Shown here one piece after another: positions 36,979 through 50,541 of a stretch of 64,000 nucleotides of DNA. The DNA is from Utricularia gibba (taxonomy: Eukaryota; Plantae; Magnoliophyta): assembly GCA_002189035.1 (NCBI GenBank), contig NEEC01000010.1, positions 372,001 through 436,000 of the forward strand, in the 5' to 3' direction. The notes under the pieces were generated by a model that had not been told where the DNA came from, ran no database searches, and saw only the letters and a list, made by a program, of their open reading frames with translations. The position numbers and the translations under genes are program-made. The stretch's first letter is position 1; the number at the start of each line of letters is the position of its first letter.

Positions 36979-37942
36979 GTTTTTTTCGCTCTACCGTTTG
37001 TAAGAGGAGGTATGGGAGAAGGGATTGGGTATTCTCAGCCGGGTATGAGACTTCGAATGGTGTACGAATATTGCAGATTTAAAATGAGGAAATGGTTCCC
37101 ATTTCCAGTTACAACTTTTTGGCATTTGGATATTTTTATGTCCGACCTCATGTTACCCCACGCCTCAATCTGCAAATGGGGCTTTTTTAGTGGAAAAACT
37201 GTCCCAATCGTAATGATTTCGATCCCACATTGTCTGTCTGTGTAAAAAGAAACTATTAAAAGAGTTCTGGCCACATCTTTTATTTCGATTCTTTCATATA
37301 AAGTATACGACATTTGGGGTTCCGGCTCCTGAGTGCAGTGCAGTTTACGTTTGAGTTAGCCCTCCGTTGTGGTTGGTGACTTTCTGTAAATTGTCATCGT
37401 TATGACAACAGGATCGCCCACGGCGTGAGCCTGCCTGAGGCTGAGGGAGGGAGCTTTTGTGTGTGTTTTGAATTGCCGGGAATACATGCGACAGACATCC
37501 TTCCTTAGGCCGCTTTGCCTTCGAGATGCGCTCTAACCAAAAATAGCTAATTAATTATTAATGGAAGGAATCGTAGTTGGAAAAAGTGATGACTACCTAC
37601 TCCGGTTTAATAAATAAAAAAAATTCAATAAAAATATCGAAAATCTGATTAATTCGTGTAGAAAAGTCATGCTCCAATCCATTGGAGGTAAAGGTAAATC
37701 CACCTATTATATAGTTTTTTTTTTTTTTATTGAGATTGAGGACAAATAACACTAAAATGCTGAGGTTTGGGCTTCCTTTAATAAATAGGGGTCAATTTTG
37801 GGCCTTGGGTCCAAATTTGACGCCGTACGGATGCTTGCTAGATACGGTGAGACTTCAACTACCCAACGCCCGTCTTGGCATCTACAGTCTACACCGGCGA
37901 CTTCCAGGGCGTTGTTCACGGCGGGGACTTCTCTTTCTTGGA

Positions 37943-39204
37943 ATGGGTAGAACAAAAGCTAAAAAAGGGAGCTCCTCCGTTGTTGCTGAGGTGAAACTCC
38001 TAAGGCAACGCATGAAGATACCTTTCCTTCTTCATTTTTTCTGGTTTTCTCCTTTCTTTTGTGTGCGCGTCGCTTCTCTTGCTTGCTTAGAATTGCATTT
38101 TTTGCGCACCTATGTCCTTGTTCAGTTTTCCCCTAATTTCCTGGGTTCCGTCTGTGGTGGCATTCTATGCTTATTTAATTTATTTCCGAAAATGGGTTCT
38201 GACGCAATGTGATGTTTTCTGTATAGCCCATTCTCACAGAGAATGCTTGTTTCGGAAACCCGAGATCGCTCTCTGTGATCGATACCGGAAATGGGGCTAC
38301 TGAAGTTGAGAACAGGCCTCATTCTTACGCCTTAACTACCAGCAAAAGGCCAAGGGAACAAAATGCAACACCAGTCCGGAGATCTGATAGACTTCGACAT
38401 TCATTGTCCAATGGTGGCGACAGCATTGTTGAAGTTGGTATTCTCCAGATCAAAGGTGCTGGTGAGGAGGGAAATTCAGACATTCCGGAGATGAATACTT
38501 CTCCGGAACAACGACCAGGGGTTGAGCACCATCCTTCGAATTTCGAAAGAGGCAGATTAGACGAGAAACTCGAGTATCTGGTTGAGGCAGTTAAAGAATT
38601 CAAGGCCGAGGTTGCAATTGTGCTGTCTTTTTGTATTGGGAATAGATCTTCAGATTGATGGTTTCTTGTTCTTATCCAGATCTTTGGGGAACAAAATGGC
38701 GGTTCGAGCTCCAGCTACAAGGTGATGTACATGGAAGCGCAGAAGAAGGTAATACCTTGGTACGTTTAAGTGATCCGGGTGCCATCTGAATTACACTACA
38801 GGAACGGGTTACTATCTTGTGCATTGTTGAGGTAGTTAATCGGAGAGCATCTTTGTTTGCGTAGATTGATGCTCTGGTAGAGGCGAACTACGAGCTGGTG
38901 AAAAAGCTGCAGTTTGCTAGTGGGAAAGTTGAAGCGGTAATTTTCTTAGACCTACCTTCCTGATTACATTGGGCTTAACAGGTGCAAACAGCATGTCCAA
39001 TTACTAATGGCTTCTCGACGTGTGTTTCAGTTCCAATCAATTCACCACGCCATATTTGGTCCTCCTGAGAAAGTGACGGTAGCACCTGGCATTGTTAGAG
39101 CTTCTCAAACCATGGCAAAATCACCTCGCAGGAGACTGAAGAATCCCAACACTTGTGCCGGTGATGATGGCAAGTCAAACGGTAAGCAGCCAACGAGGGC
39201 TTAA
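37943..39204 (+). CDS. Uncharacterised plant coiled-coil protein; exons 37943-37990, 38242-38610, 38680-38748, 38865-38936 and probably 38992-39204
   Basis: In-frame GT-AG joins: MGRTKAKK..; VRRSDRLR; LDEKLEYLVEAVKEFKAE|..YKVMYMEAQKK|IDALVEANYELVKKLQFASGKVEA. The last intron is only 55 nt, so the final exon is less certain. Confidence 0.7.
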
Positions 39205-40017
39205 AACTGTTTTGGCTGCTTTTACCAACAATGTAAGTCTAGCATGCAGTTTCAAGTGTTAGTGGAGCTGAAAAGGGCTTGGCTCTCCTGTAATTGATGC
39301 TGTTGTGTATTAGTATTGTGTTGTTATGTTCTATCTGAATCAAGTCCAGTGCTTATGGCAGACACCTTGAGTATGTAATGCAAAGATTAATCAAACAGCC
39401 TAAGGGTAAGCGCAGTAACTTTTACGTTTACGGAAATATAAACCACAACCTCAGGAATGAGAATAATGCTTCAGATTGTTTTCAAAGCACAGGTGTGATT
39501 CATCTATTCAGGTGATCTCCTTGATGTAATTTATGGTATTCATAAAGTACAGTAGTGACTTCATCTTCTAGGACAGGTAATCTAGTCATAATAGCTGTAG
39601 TCAAGTCACGAACTCTTCATCTAACTGTCAACGGTGCACCTGGCGTTGAGGAAGGCATGACCCCGTGAATAAGTTGAAGATTAAGTAACCTATCTTTCTT
39701 CAGGTGTGCGAGGCATGAAATTGTACTAAAAAGAATGCTACTTTCATTCAGCGTACACCCAGGGAACACGCACTCAAACTCATGTATGTGTGTGTATAAG
39801 GAAATGGAGCTCGACAGCTCTGATGATATTGTTAAAATACGAGATCGAATAAGTCACTCTGAGATGTATTGATTGAAGTAAGGGTTAGGCAGGACAGATT
39901 AACCATGCAAAGTGGTGTAGTAATAAAAAATTACCATCTTCACTTAATATGATCCTAATCCAATCTTATGCAACAAATATTCCGCAAATTTCGCCTACTT
40001 AAGCGCACTCAAATCTT

Positions 40018-40704
40018 ATGCGAAAAGTCAGCAAGAAAAAAATGGCAGAGAATTTGGAATCCAATGTCCAGAAAGCATCTATTCGGCGCCCACGTGGCAG
40101 GCCGGCGGGGTCTAAGAACAAACCGAAGCCGCCGGTGATCATAACCAGAGACAGCTCCAACGCCCTGAAAGCACAGGCCATAGAGATAACATCCGGCGCC
40201 GACATCGGCGACTCTCTCGTCACCTTCGCCTGCAAAAAACAGCGCGGGGTTTGCGTTCTCAGCGCCGCTGGCTGCGTCACCAACGTCACTCTCCGGCAGC
40301 CGACGTCATCGGGTTCCATCGTGACGCTTCATGGAAGATTCGAGATTCTTTCGTTGCTGGGATCTGTTCTCCCGCCGCCGGCTCCGGCGGGAGTGGCGGG
40401 TCTGACTGTCTATCTCGCCGGATCTCAGGGGCAGGTGGTCGGTGGAAGTGTTGTGGGGGCGCTGGTAGCTTCCGGACCAGTGGTGATTATGGCTGCCACT
40501 TTTATGAACGCCGCCTTCGATCGGGTTCCTCCGTTGGATGAGGACATCCCGGTATCGGCGCAGCCGTATCGGAATACCCACGGGCACGTTGAAGTTTCTG
40601 AGGTTTATGGGATTCCTGTCCCACATAATTTGCTTACGAACGGCACTCTGACTTCAGAGGCTACGTGCCGCAGGTGGGGGACTCCAAGACCAAGTCTTGA
40701 ATAA
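40018..40704 (+). CDS. AHL16: Clade A AT-hook motif nuclear-localized protein (AT-hook + PPC/DUF296), AHL16/TEK-like, single exon; start at 40018 or 40042
   Basis: [17 protein letters not shown]; [36 protein letters not shown]; orthology assignment is from memory. Confidence 0.88.
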   Translation: MRKVSKKKMAENLESNVQKASIRRPRGRPAGSKNKPKPPVIITRDSSNALKAQAIEITSGADIGDSLVTFACKKQRGVCVLSAAGCVTNVTLRQPTSSGSIVTLHGRFEILSLLGSVLPPPAPAGVAGLTVYLAGSQGQVVGGSVVGALVASGPVVIMAATFMNAAFDRVPPLDEDIPVSAQPYRNTHGHVEVSEVYGIPVPHNLLTNGTLTSEATCRRWGTPRPSLE

Positions 40705-42111
40705 AAAAGTCCATATTTTACGGATTAATGAAGGAAAAAAAGCAGGATTTGCATTCAATAAATCAAATTCGCATGAAATTTGTATTCATATGTTTTTCAT
40801 AAAAGTATACCCTAAAAATCAAATCATGAACAAGTCCTTAAGTTTGCCTATAATGAAAATAATTATAATAAAAAAAGGGTATTTTATATTATTCTAAATT
40901 CGCGTTAAAGTTAGAGTTAATTGCATCAAATATATTCAAACCTGCATATTTACAAAAAGTGTGTTAAAATATCTATTTTTATTACACCAAATGTGATTTT
41001 AATAGTTTTTTTTTTTTCAAATGTGTATTACACGTGCACACGAGAAAAATGGTTAGGACACTATTTATTATAATCTTTAACATTAATATGAAATGTACTT
41101 TAACATTTGAAAATTACTTCAAATGTATGAAATACAGACAACATTATAACAGTCTGTAAATTTGACATATGACTAAATTCATACATACAAATGTGATTTT
41201 ATATCTCTTCTCAAATAATTTATGATAAAATAACAAATCGTTTTATCAAAAAAAGATATTTATAATTTTTGTTTTTTTTCCTCCCAGGTTCATTCTTGTA
41301 TGCACTTTTTATTAAATATTCATGACCTATTAACAGGTTTTTATAGGTCTTTTTTGTATTTAATATTATTGTTGACCTGATACTAAAGATAAATCCAATA
41401 CAAACCTATAGAAAAAGATTTTTAAAATCGATGCAAAGGTGAATTATCTAGATGTGAATGTCATTTAGGTTTGAAAGATTTTACCACGTACATTTTTTAA
41501 ATTTAAGTGCATGTGTGTACATGTTCATATAAATAATATTTTATATAAGAAAACTATATTTTACACCCTCTAAACCCATAAAATGAGATTATCTAAATCC
41601 AAATTATTTAAACCTGAGTTTAGGCAAAAACCAACAACCAAACGCACCCTTAGAGTAAAATAGTAACACTCATTTAGGGTTCTCAAAATTTTATTGGGTA
41701 AAAATTTGGATTTAGGGACACTTGTACTCATGCACTTATAAATCACATTTGATATATGAAAAATGAATAATTAAATACAATGGAGTAAATATAAAAGTCT
41801 GTATATATTTGTTGCAGCTAAAACTTTATATATATTTGGAATAAAATACTATAATAAAAATAATCTTACATTATTTCAATTCCAAAGAATGGCTTGTCAA
41901 ATGCCAAAGGTTTGGCAAGGTTATTTGAAAAAGTAATCCTAGGGCGTTGACTCTTTTACCATTTCATATTTTTAATATTTTTTTATAGAGATAAGACTAT
42001 TTATTACCATAATCATTTTCTTCCATATGATAAAGCTCTAGAATTGATAACAAGAAATCATAGCATCATTGATGATAATTTTACAATTGTACATAAATTG
42101 TTAAAGTAATA

Positions 42112-42630
42112 TGATGAGGTATAAATCGACTTCTGAAAGGTTGTTAAAAGAAGCCCTGACAGGACAACGCCAACCGACATGCCGATATGTGTTAGATATT
42201 TGACAGCGGTGGTGGTATGACACAGTCTGAAAAGTAACCGAATTACGCCAGAACAGACGGCCGATATCTGAAAAGCGAGATCGCATAGCAGGCGCAAAAG
42301 TGATCGACACCTGCAGAAGCGAGGATTCGGTCAGATCGACCTCCTCTATAAATAGAAGAAATCATAATGGACAAAAGGTTCGACCCTAAGCCTCCCAATC
42401 TGTATCTTTCTTCATCACTTTCGACTAGTAAAGAGTTTCTCCGGCGAGCTCTGACAGCTCCGTGGTTTTTCCGTCTTCCGGCGGTTTCCATGTAAAAACT
42501 CTCCGCCCGCCTCTGCTTCTGTTGATTGAGTCGAACAAATCATAATAAAGCATAACGAAGTACGATACTACCAACTTTACCTATAACCCGAAATTGGCTT
42601 TGTCCCAAATACCGATCTTCACCCCCAACA
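42112..42630. mobile_element. Tat-family solo LTR (opposite orientation to 27352-27851)
   Basis: TG...CA termini; 4/5 TSD (TAATA/TAATT); reverse-homologous to 16297-16807. Confidence 0.8.
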
Positions 42631-43020
42631 TAATTAAAAAACATAATTTTTATATAAAATTAATTAATTTGCTTTTTTTTTTGAAGCAAATGAAGGTAAC
42701 TAGAAAACAAAACAAACGACACATGCAAAACAATGGAAAATAATGACCTCAAATTATGTAAGTTCTGAAAAATATTATTCTTCAATAAAACACTTTTTTT
42801 GTTTAATAAGATTATAGAATTAATCATATCATTAGAGTCATTTCATTTTATGTGATAATTATATTTTTTTCATATCAAATTCTAATCTTTATAACTCATA
42901 CCTTCATAGACAGATAAGACCAAATGTAGTTTGATACTGATTTATGAATGAGCCAATCTTATTAAGTACTTTAGGTTAATTTTAGATTTTCCCATATACT
43001 ATTGGGTTTTAGTGGTAATG

Positions 43021-44157
43021 TGATGCATATCGTTTCCTCAACAAATTTTACTTTAGAAAAACATAAAACACAATAAAGCATAGTACGAGTGTTGATCTCA
43101 GAAAGTTGAGTTTTGTAAAAAGTGTTTTATAGATAACTTTTATAAATTGTCACGGGTTTATAAAAAAAGGTTTTTGAAATACAGAAATAAAAGTTATAAT
43201 GTAAGTGATAGACCTTGACTAAAGGTTGCAATTTTTGGGAAATAGATTACGTTTCTTCCTTTTGTCTATTCTCGCCCTAGCTTTCACTGATTCCTTATGA
43301 ATAACTAATTATAAGAGTAAAGAATAGCCTACTCTTTCTTATATTCTGATTGACAAGGAGGCACGGGAATAGGCTCATGTGGTTTCCCTTTGGACGATAG
43401 AGAAGACAAGAGGATTGCCGTCGATTGTCTTCAAAACTGAATTGTGCGCATGTACCTAGTTGTTGCCAATGACCAATGGCAAGTACGAGGTCACTACTCG
43501 TCCATTGTTGCGGTACCTCCGTCATGAACAATTCGCTACTTCCCTCGAACCAGTAGGGTTGGAATTGGTGCTCTTCAGCTTGCTCTTCATCAAAATCTAC
43601 GAGGATTGACCTGTTACTCATGGACTTTGACTAGGAGTGATTATAAAAAGACTGCAATAAGATGCATGAAAGTATGCAAAATCTAGAATGAATTCAACAA
43701 AAAACCGAGATTAGTGCTCAATACTTGAAAGGAAACTTCATCTACTTTCAGAAACTAAAAGAGTTTAGCCACAAATGGCTATTAAAACAAAAAAAGAAAA
43801 GGAAAGCTAAAGTGTTCTTCCTCCCTTAGAGGAGAGAAAGAACCAAAAGTGCAAAGTCTAAGAACAAAGTGTCAAAAGTCCAAAGTCTAAATTAGGGGCC
43901 TTGACTAGTGTAAGTCTTCCGTTCACAATTGTTCCAAGTTGTGTGCAAGGCACAAAATGTCAGTGTCTGGTCTCCTGCAACACTCCTACCTCTTGCCACG
44001 TTTCAGTCAAAGTGCACAAAAAAGATAATGAAAATATATACAACATACAAAAATAAGATTTTTCTAAGAAAATAGAATAGTTTTTAATATAAATCCTAAA
44101 TTAGGTGACTTAATACTAAATTAATACATAATAATAACTAGAAAATGACACTTAACA
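43021..44157 (-). mobile_element. Athila-family solo LTR
   Basis: TGATGCATATCG...GACACTTAACA; 4/5 TSD (TAATG/TAATC). Confidence 0.85.
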
Positions 44158-44329
44158 TAATCTAATACACATTATCATTCTCAGCCTCTAATTGATTAGA
44201 TTTCAAACAATTCCGAATTAAGGTCATATAACTCATATCAGTGATCTAAAGTTGAAAGAACAATCTCATTCATATTTTTAGTACTCGAATTCACACCAAT
44301 CATGTTAAGAGAATTATAAAATTCACAAT

Positions 44330-45330
44330 GCACATTCAATCCAGCAAGAGAGAGGCAATTGATTATGAGGAAACCTTCTCTCATATAGCCATGCTTAAGT
44401 CCATTAGATATCTCTTGTCTATTGATGCACATCTCAATTATGAGATTTGGCAAATGGATGTCAAAACCTCTTTTCTAAATGGGTTCCTAAAAAAGGAAAT
44501 CTTTATGGAACAGACTAAGGGTTTTGAATCTACAGATAGTACCAAAGTGTGCTAGCTGAAAAGATCTATTTATGGATTGAAACAAGCATCAAATTCTCTG
44601 TGATTTGATGAAGCTATAAAAGGTTTTGGTTTCATTAAAAATCCTAATGAATCTTGTGTGTATAAGTTGGTTAATGATAGCTTTGTTGTATTTCTTATCT
44701 TCTATGTCGATGACATTCTACTGATGGGAAACTATGTATGAAAGATTTGGGAGAAGCTATCGATAGTCTTGGCATTCGACTTTATATAGATAGAATGAAA
44801 AGAATATTGGGCTTATCTCAAAGGACATACTTGAAAAAGATGTAGAAGAAGTTCAACATGCTTGATTCCAAGAAAGTACTTTTTTGAGTTAGACATGGTA
44901 TTCATTTCTCCAAGCAAATAAGGCCCAAAACCCCAAAGGAGAGAGAATCCATGACTAAAGTTTCATACGCTTCGGCGATAGGCAATTTTATATATGCAAT
45001 GCTTTGTACAAGGTCGGATATAGCTTTTGCTGTCAGTATGGTTAGCAAATATTAGTCTAATCCAGGTCTTGAGCATTGAACTCGGTCAACAATGTCCTAA
45101 AGTACTTGAGAAGGACTATGGACATATTCTTGACATATGGAGCAATCCATGACTTGAAAATCATTGGATATACGGATTCAAATTTGCCGGCAGATGTTGA
45201 TGATAGAAAATCAACTTCTGGATATATTTTTACCTCTAATGGTGGAACAGTTGATTGAAAGAGTTCCAAACAGGAAATGACTGCTGATTCCACCATAGAA
45301 GCCAAGTATATTGTAGCTTTGGATGCTGCA
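44330..45330 (+). mobile_element. Ty1/copia (Angela-like) RT-RNase H remnant
   Basis: IDYEETFSHIAMLKSIRYLLSI..EIWQMDVKTSFLNG; LKRSIYGLKQAS; YVDDILL; GYTDS..DDRKSTSGYIF. Confidence 0.9.
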
Positions 45331-45409
45331 ATTAACAGCAATGCTACTAAGACTACAATGTTTTTATTAGCATCATTGATATTTAAACATGCACTTACCC
45401 ATCCGATGT

Positions 45410-46080
45410 CTGACTCAGGTGTAATGGCAAGTGGAGCTTTGATCATAAATAGATGTATGTAGTAAAGAACGTCTATGCCACATTCACTCAACCCTCTTTG
45501 ACATGATACCTGGAAATAGATCAATAGTTTAGAAACATATTCCTCATACTGATTGTATTGCATTACGTACCTCCACAAGAATAAGGGGAATGTTCCTGAC
45601 AGTCTCCTCTTATGAGAAAGAATTCTCCACCCTAGACTCATACACATATCATATGAACTTGGATGCGTGCATATGCAATTTAAAACTAAATATGCATATT
45701 CTTGTAAAGACTCAAAGTGATTCTAACATTCCCAATTCTTCAGTTTTTGTCTCCATCATATTAGTAGAGCCCATGGAGTCTAAGTATAAGACACATTGTC
45801 TCACTGGTTCAATGGCAGCAAAGTTGCACAAAATTAACATAAAAAATGACCCCTAAAATGAAAAAGAAAAAACTGATATTTCCTTCCCATGAATAGTGGT
45901 CCGAGATTCCTTGCTCAATGCTGCTCAGTTGTGTCGTAGTATTGAGAGCTTGTAAACTCAGATATTTCCTGAATTGCGAGGGGGAATGATTCGACTATCT
46001 TCCTGCATCACATCATCCATGAGCGATAATCCAACTTTTCAACCATGACATTGAAAACAAATTAATACTTACGCCAATGC
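45410..46080 (-). pseudogene. Ulp1/C48 SUMO-protease-like remnant, probable cargo of the MULE at 46800-50520
   Basis: GHF..LILCNF....QCVLYLDSM (45760-45855) and QVSCQRGLSECGIDVLYYIHLFMIKAP (45420-45530) match the His, Asp and Cys motifs of Ulp1. Confidence 0.72.
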
Positions 46081-46799
46081 GTAATCTAACATCAGATCAT
46101 CGAGCATTCCATATACATGTAAATGCAGAGGGCGCTTAATTTTTTCCTGCTTACTTGAGCCTTGAGGCCGCATTTTCTGCTTTGGGTGTGTGGGAGTGTG
46201 GTTGATATTGTACTTTATGGTTTGCTTCCATCTCCTGTTGCAATTTGAACAACAATCTTTGTGTGAGCCTTAAGAGACACCTTGGGACCTCCTTCACCTC
46301 AACATTAGTTCATTGCCTCTTGTTTGATTGTACACACAACAAATAAAGTGCATCAATAACATAGCAGAATATAATTTGAGTTTATGACAATGATAACAAC
46401 CTTTTGATCATTGATGGCATTGGAACCATGATCTTCTTGAAAATCAGACGTTCCTTTGGATTTGATTGGCGATGCCGGTGTACTTGGTATGGCAGTCGGA
46501 ATGCTTGCATCGCTTATACCACTAGCGACCTGTTTCTAATCGGAGAATCCCCTATTTCTCTACAATGATATCAAATTATAATGAAGGTAGCATAGGAAAA
46601 AAGTGATGTCTTTAATAATTTACCTCTAACTCATGTCCATTTCCATCTGCAGGGGTTAGTCTATCTTGCTGATTATTCTCAGAGGGTGGTGATTCAGGGG
46701 GGTTTTTGCGATTTAGACTTGTGTTTATTGTAAGAACGTTCATACCTCTTCACTGGACATCACCATGCCTTGTGTCCCAGTGCATTGCAAATAGTACAA

Positions 46800-49700
46800 A
46801 CTTATAATTGACAAATCATTTGATGAAACCAAAAATGCCAACTATTGTTATTATTGATTTATTGACATACCTTAACAAAAGCATTATCTGGATCATCTTT
46901 ATTATAGTTGGATTTGAATTTCTTCTTCTCCTCGCACCTTCTAATGTTGTGACCAACCTGGCCGCACCAAGAGCATCCTTGTGGATCAAAATTCCCATGC
47001 CTAAAATGCTTTCTGTCTTTAGTGGCTGCACATTTCACATAGTATCGTCTCAAGCAATGCTTCGGTAGCAACATCATTATCATTGTGGTGGAAGGCCATC
47101 TTGACTTTCCAAGGACATCATGTAATCATATAGCTCCTTTTATGAGTCTATGTAATAGCAATTGTCTACATAATTGTGCATCGGCCTTCCTAAGTAGTCA
47201 ATGACTGTGACACCATGGTTGTTGCGTGTCATTTACTCAAAAAATTTTAACTATGTAAACGTAAAATACAAAAGAGCGTAGTATGAGTATCGATCTCAGG
47301 AAGTTGAGTTTTGTGAAAAGTGTTTTGTAGAAAACTTTCACAAATTGTCACAGATTTGTAAAAAAGGGTTTTTGAAGTACAAGAATAAAAGATACAACTT
47401 ATGTGATGGACTTTGGCTAAAGGTTGCAGTTCTTGGGAAATGGGCTCTGTTTCCTCCTTTTGTCTATCCTCGCCTCGACTTTCACTGATTCCTTCTAAAT
47501 AGCTAGTTATAGGAGCTTAGAATAGCCTACTCTCCCTTACACTCTGAATGAGAAGGAAGCACGGGAATAGCCTCATGTGATTCCTCCTTGGAAAATTAAG
47601 AAGACATAAGGATTGCCATCGATTGCCTTCAAAACCGAATTGTATAAGTGTGCCCATTTGTTGCCAATGACTAGTGGCGAGTATGAGGTCGCTACTCGTC
47701 CACTGTCACGGTACATTGGCCACAAACAATTTATTACTTCCCTTGAACTAGCAGGGTTGGAGTGGGTGCTCTTCACCTTAATCTTGATCAAGACCCGTGA
47801 AGAGTGACCTGCTACTCATTCACTGTGACTAGGAGTCATTATAGAAGGAATGCAACAAGATGCGTGGAAGTATGCAAAATCCAGAATGAATTCAACGAAG
47901 AACCGAGTGGAATGCTCAAGACTTGGAAGTAAACTTCATCTACTCCTAGAAAAGTCACAAAGGACCATGAAAACAGAAACGAAAATGGAAGCTAAGTGTT
48001 CTTCCTCCCTTGAAGAAGAGGAAAAACTCAAAAGTTCTAAGTCTAGAAACAAAGTGCGAAAAGGTCCGAAAATAAGTGTTCCAAGTTTATTTTATATCAT
48101 TCCCCATTGGTATTAACTCCTTCCGGTCCTCTTCCCATCACTCTTTCTTTCTTGCGTGCGCCACCAGCTTTCCCTTGCGTGCAAGTTAGTACCCTATCAT
48201 TCCTGCAGACTCTGACATGCCATAAGTCTAGGGCCTTGACTAGAGTCAGACTTCTGCCCACAATTGTTCCAAGTCACGTGCAATGCACGAAAAGTCAGAG
48301 TCTGGTCTCCTACAAGAATCCTGGAACATTCCACACTGCCTCTTGATATATTTCAGTCAAAGTGCACGAAAAAAGACAAAAAAAATATATACAAAATAAA
48401 AAATAAGATTTTTCTAAGGAAATGGAATATTTATCAATATATATCCTAAATTGTACGACTTAACACTAGATTAATATATAATAATACCTAATAAATAACT
48501 AGAAAATGACACTTAATAATGGTATACTTATCACAATGAATCGGCAATACTACTGTAATTAATATTAACAAATCAGGCATACCTGTATGACATAACTTAA
48601 AAAATCATGCATACTACTATTAAAAATACATTCTAGCATAATACTGTAACAGACCTTAAATTACTTATATAACAAACCCACAATAATCACCTCAATCAAT
48701 CAGCAAATATGTTACTATAAAACACTTCAATAATGCAGTTACATACCTAAAAATTCAGGCACAAGGTTATCAAAAATCACTTTTCTTAGTTATTGTTACA
48801 GATCTCCAAAAATACCATCTCAATGAATCCATTATATTGTTGTAGTAAAACACTTCAATAAAGTATTAACAAACTGAAAAATCCAGGCACAATACTATCA
48901 AAAACCACTACTTTAGCATCAATCAAGAATACTAAAATCTTAATAGCATAGAATACACACTCTATTTTCCAGGTAATTGTTTCAATGTCTTCGCCTACGA
49001 ACCACTCCCATCGATCACTGGTGGAGCTATGTATTCAGCCCTCTCATCCTTTCTTGGCCCCTTCTATGATCACTCCAAAAATGTTAGTGCATACGACATT
49101 TGCCATACATGTGGCCTCAACACGTCTTGCGACAATACACTCACACAATAAAACTTGAATTGCCTCTAACAAGGGGATTATTGGCCTCAACCTCGCCCCA
49201 AAAAACATAGCATTGAACGACTCAATCATGTTATTCAATAGGATATCAAACTTGCTAGATGGCCTAGAAAAGGCAATGCACCAATGCTTGGGTGGGATAC
49301 ATAACATGTAGAGATATGCTTTCTCGTTCATCTTCACTAGCACATGCATCTCGGCCTTCCATCCGGCGATGGTGCCTTGTTGCACAATGTCCCTCACCTG
49401 ACTACATGCATTCACTTTCCCACTAGGCTTTCCTTTAAGATTCTACTATATATGCCTGACGTAGTGATGATGCTACATAAAACAGCATCAAATTAACGAA
49501 AAGTTATCTATAAAAGCTAATGCGACCGTGTTGATTGTAGTTAGAACTACCTCACAGCCCGGAAAGAGGTTGGCGATAGCTTCCCGAATAGATACATTGC
49601 GGTCTTACGTAATGCATTGTTCATCCAACCTCTCAATGTTCAAATCATAACATAACAGATTCAAAAACCACATCCATGCCGCTTTGTCCTCCATGCCTAC

Positions 49701-50520
49701 AACTTCCCAAGCAAATGAATATGTACCATTATTGGGATCCAAGCCAACGACAACAAAAATGAAACCAGCAGCTTCGGTCTTCACATGAAAAGCATTGACA
49801 CAAATAAAGGGTCTGCAACAAGTCCTCTAGCCTTGGATCAATCCTTTGGGGCATATGTAACATGCTTTAAACGTCTCTTCTCCATCACTAATGGCTTCTG
49901 TATCGATCACAAAAGTACTCTGTGGATTTAATTGAAGAAATTTCTCCCTATAATCCCACAAACGACTAAACTCCTACACACGTCGACCAAAAATGATCTC
50001 TTTTGCCTTCTTGCGTGCTCAATGCAAAGTTGCCTTATGAACATCCATGCCGATGGCATTGAAAACCTCCCAATGTAACTCTCAAACCATCATTCCTGGC
50101 TTTTGAATGAAACTCGAAGGAATTTCCTAGTAATCCAACCAAATCTTACAACATGACTTTTCCTAACATGGTGATAGTCATCCTTGTATCGTAGCTCCAT
50201 TACAAACGTCAACCAACACAAACCAGGGACATTGTTCTATTGGGTTTTGAGAGTTCTCCTGTGAAGAAAACAAATTTAAGATCCAATATATAACTGATGT
50301 TATTGTTGTACATAACAAATACAAACACATGTTATCTCCTCATCATTCGCTGCATTTTTCCATGCCATATGCTCCTTACGAGTACCACACACAAATTTGA
50401 GATATTGTGCATTGTTTTTGGACACATAAAACTCGAATCCCTCTTCAATGCAAAAGTTGGTTAACGCAATTTTAGCCTCTACCTTTGATGTAAATTGAAT
50501 ACCCAACCTGAACGCATTAA
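46800..50520 (-). pseudogene. MuDR/MULE transposase remnant (different family), interrupted by a solo LTR
   Basis: GIQFTSKVEAKIALTNFCI (MuDR N-domain); FICVNAFHVK; HWCIAF..DILLNNMIESFNA; CSWCGQVGHNIRRC zinc knuckle. Confidence 0.88.
47220..48518 (-). mobile_element. Athila-family solo LTR, 1299 bp
   Basis: Perfect TSD ATGGT; terminus mutated from CA to TA. Confidence 0.9.
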
Positions 50521-50541
50521 TAGAATAAAGATAAGAGCATT

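Noticed and set aside
45057-45647. 196-aa minus-strand ORF as a single gene
   Set aside because: Joins the Ulp1 remnant to the antisense strand of Copia RNase H.
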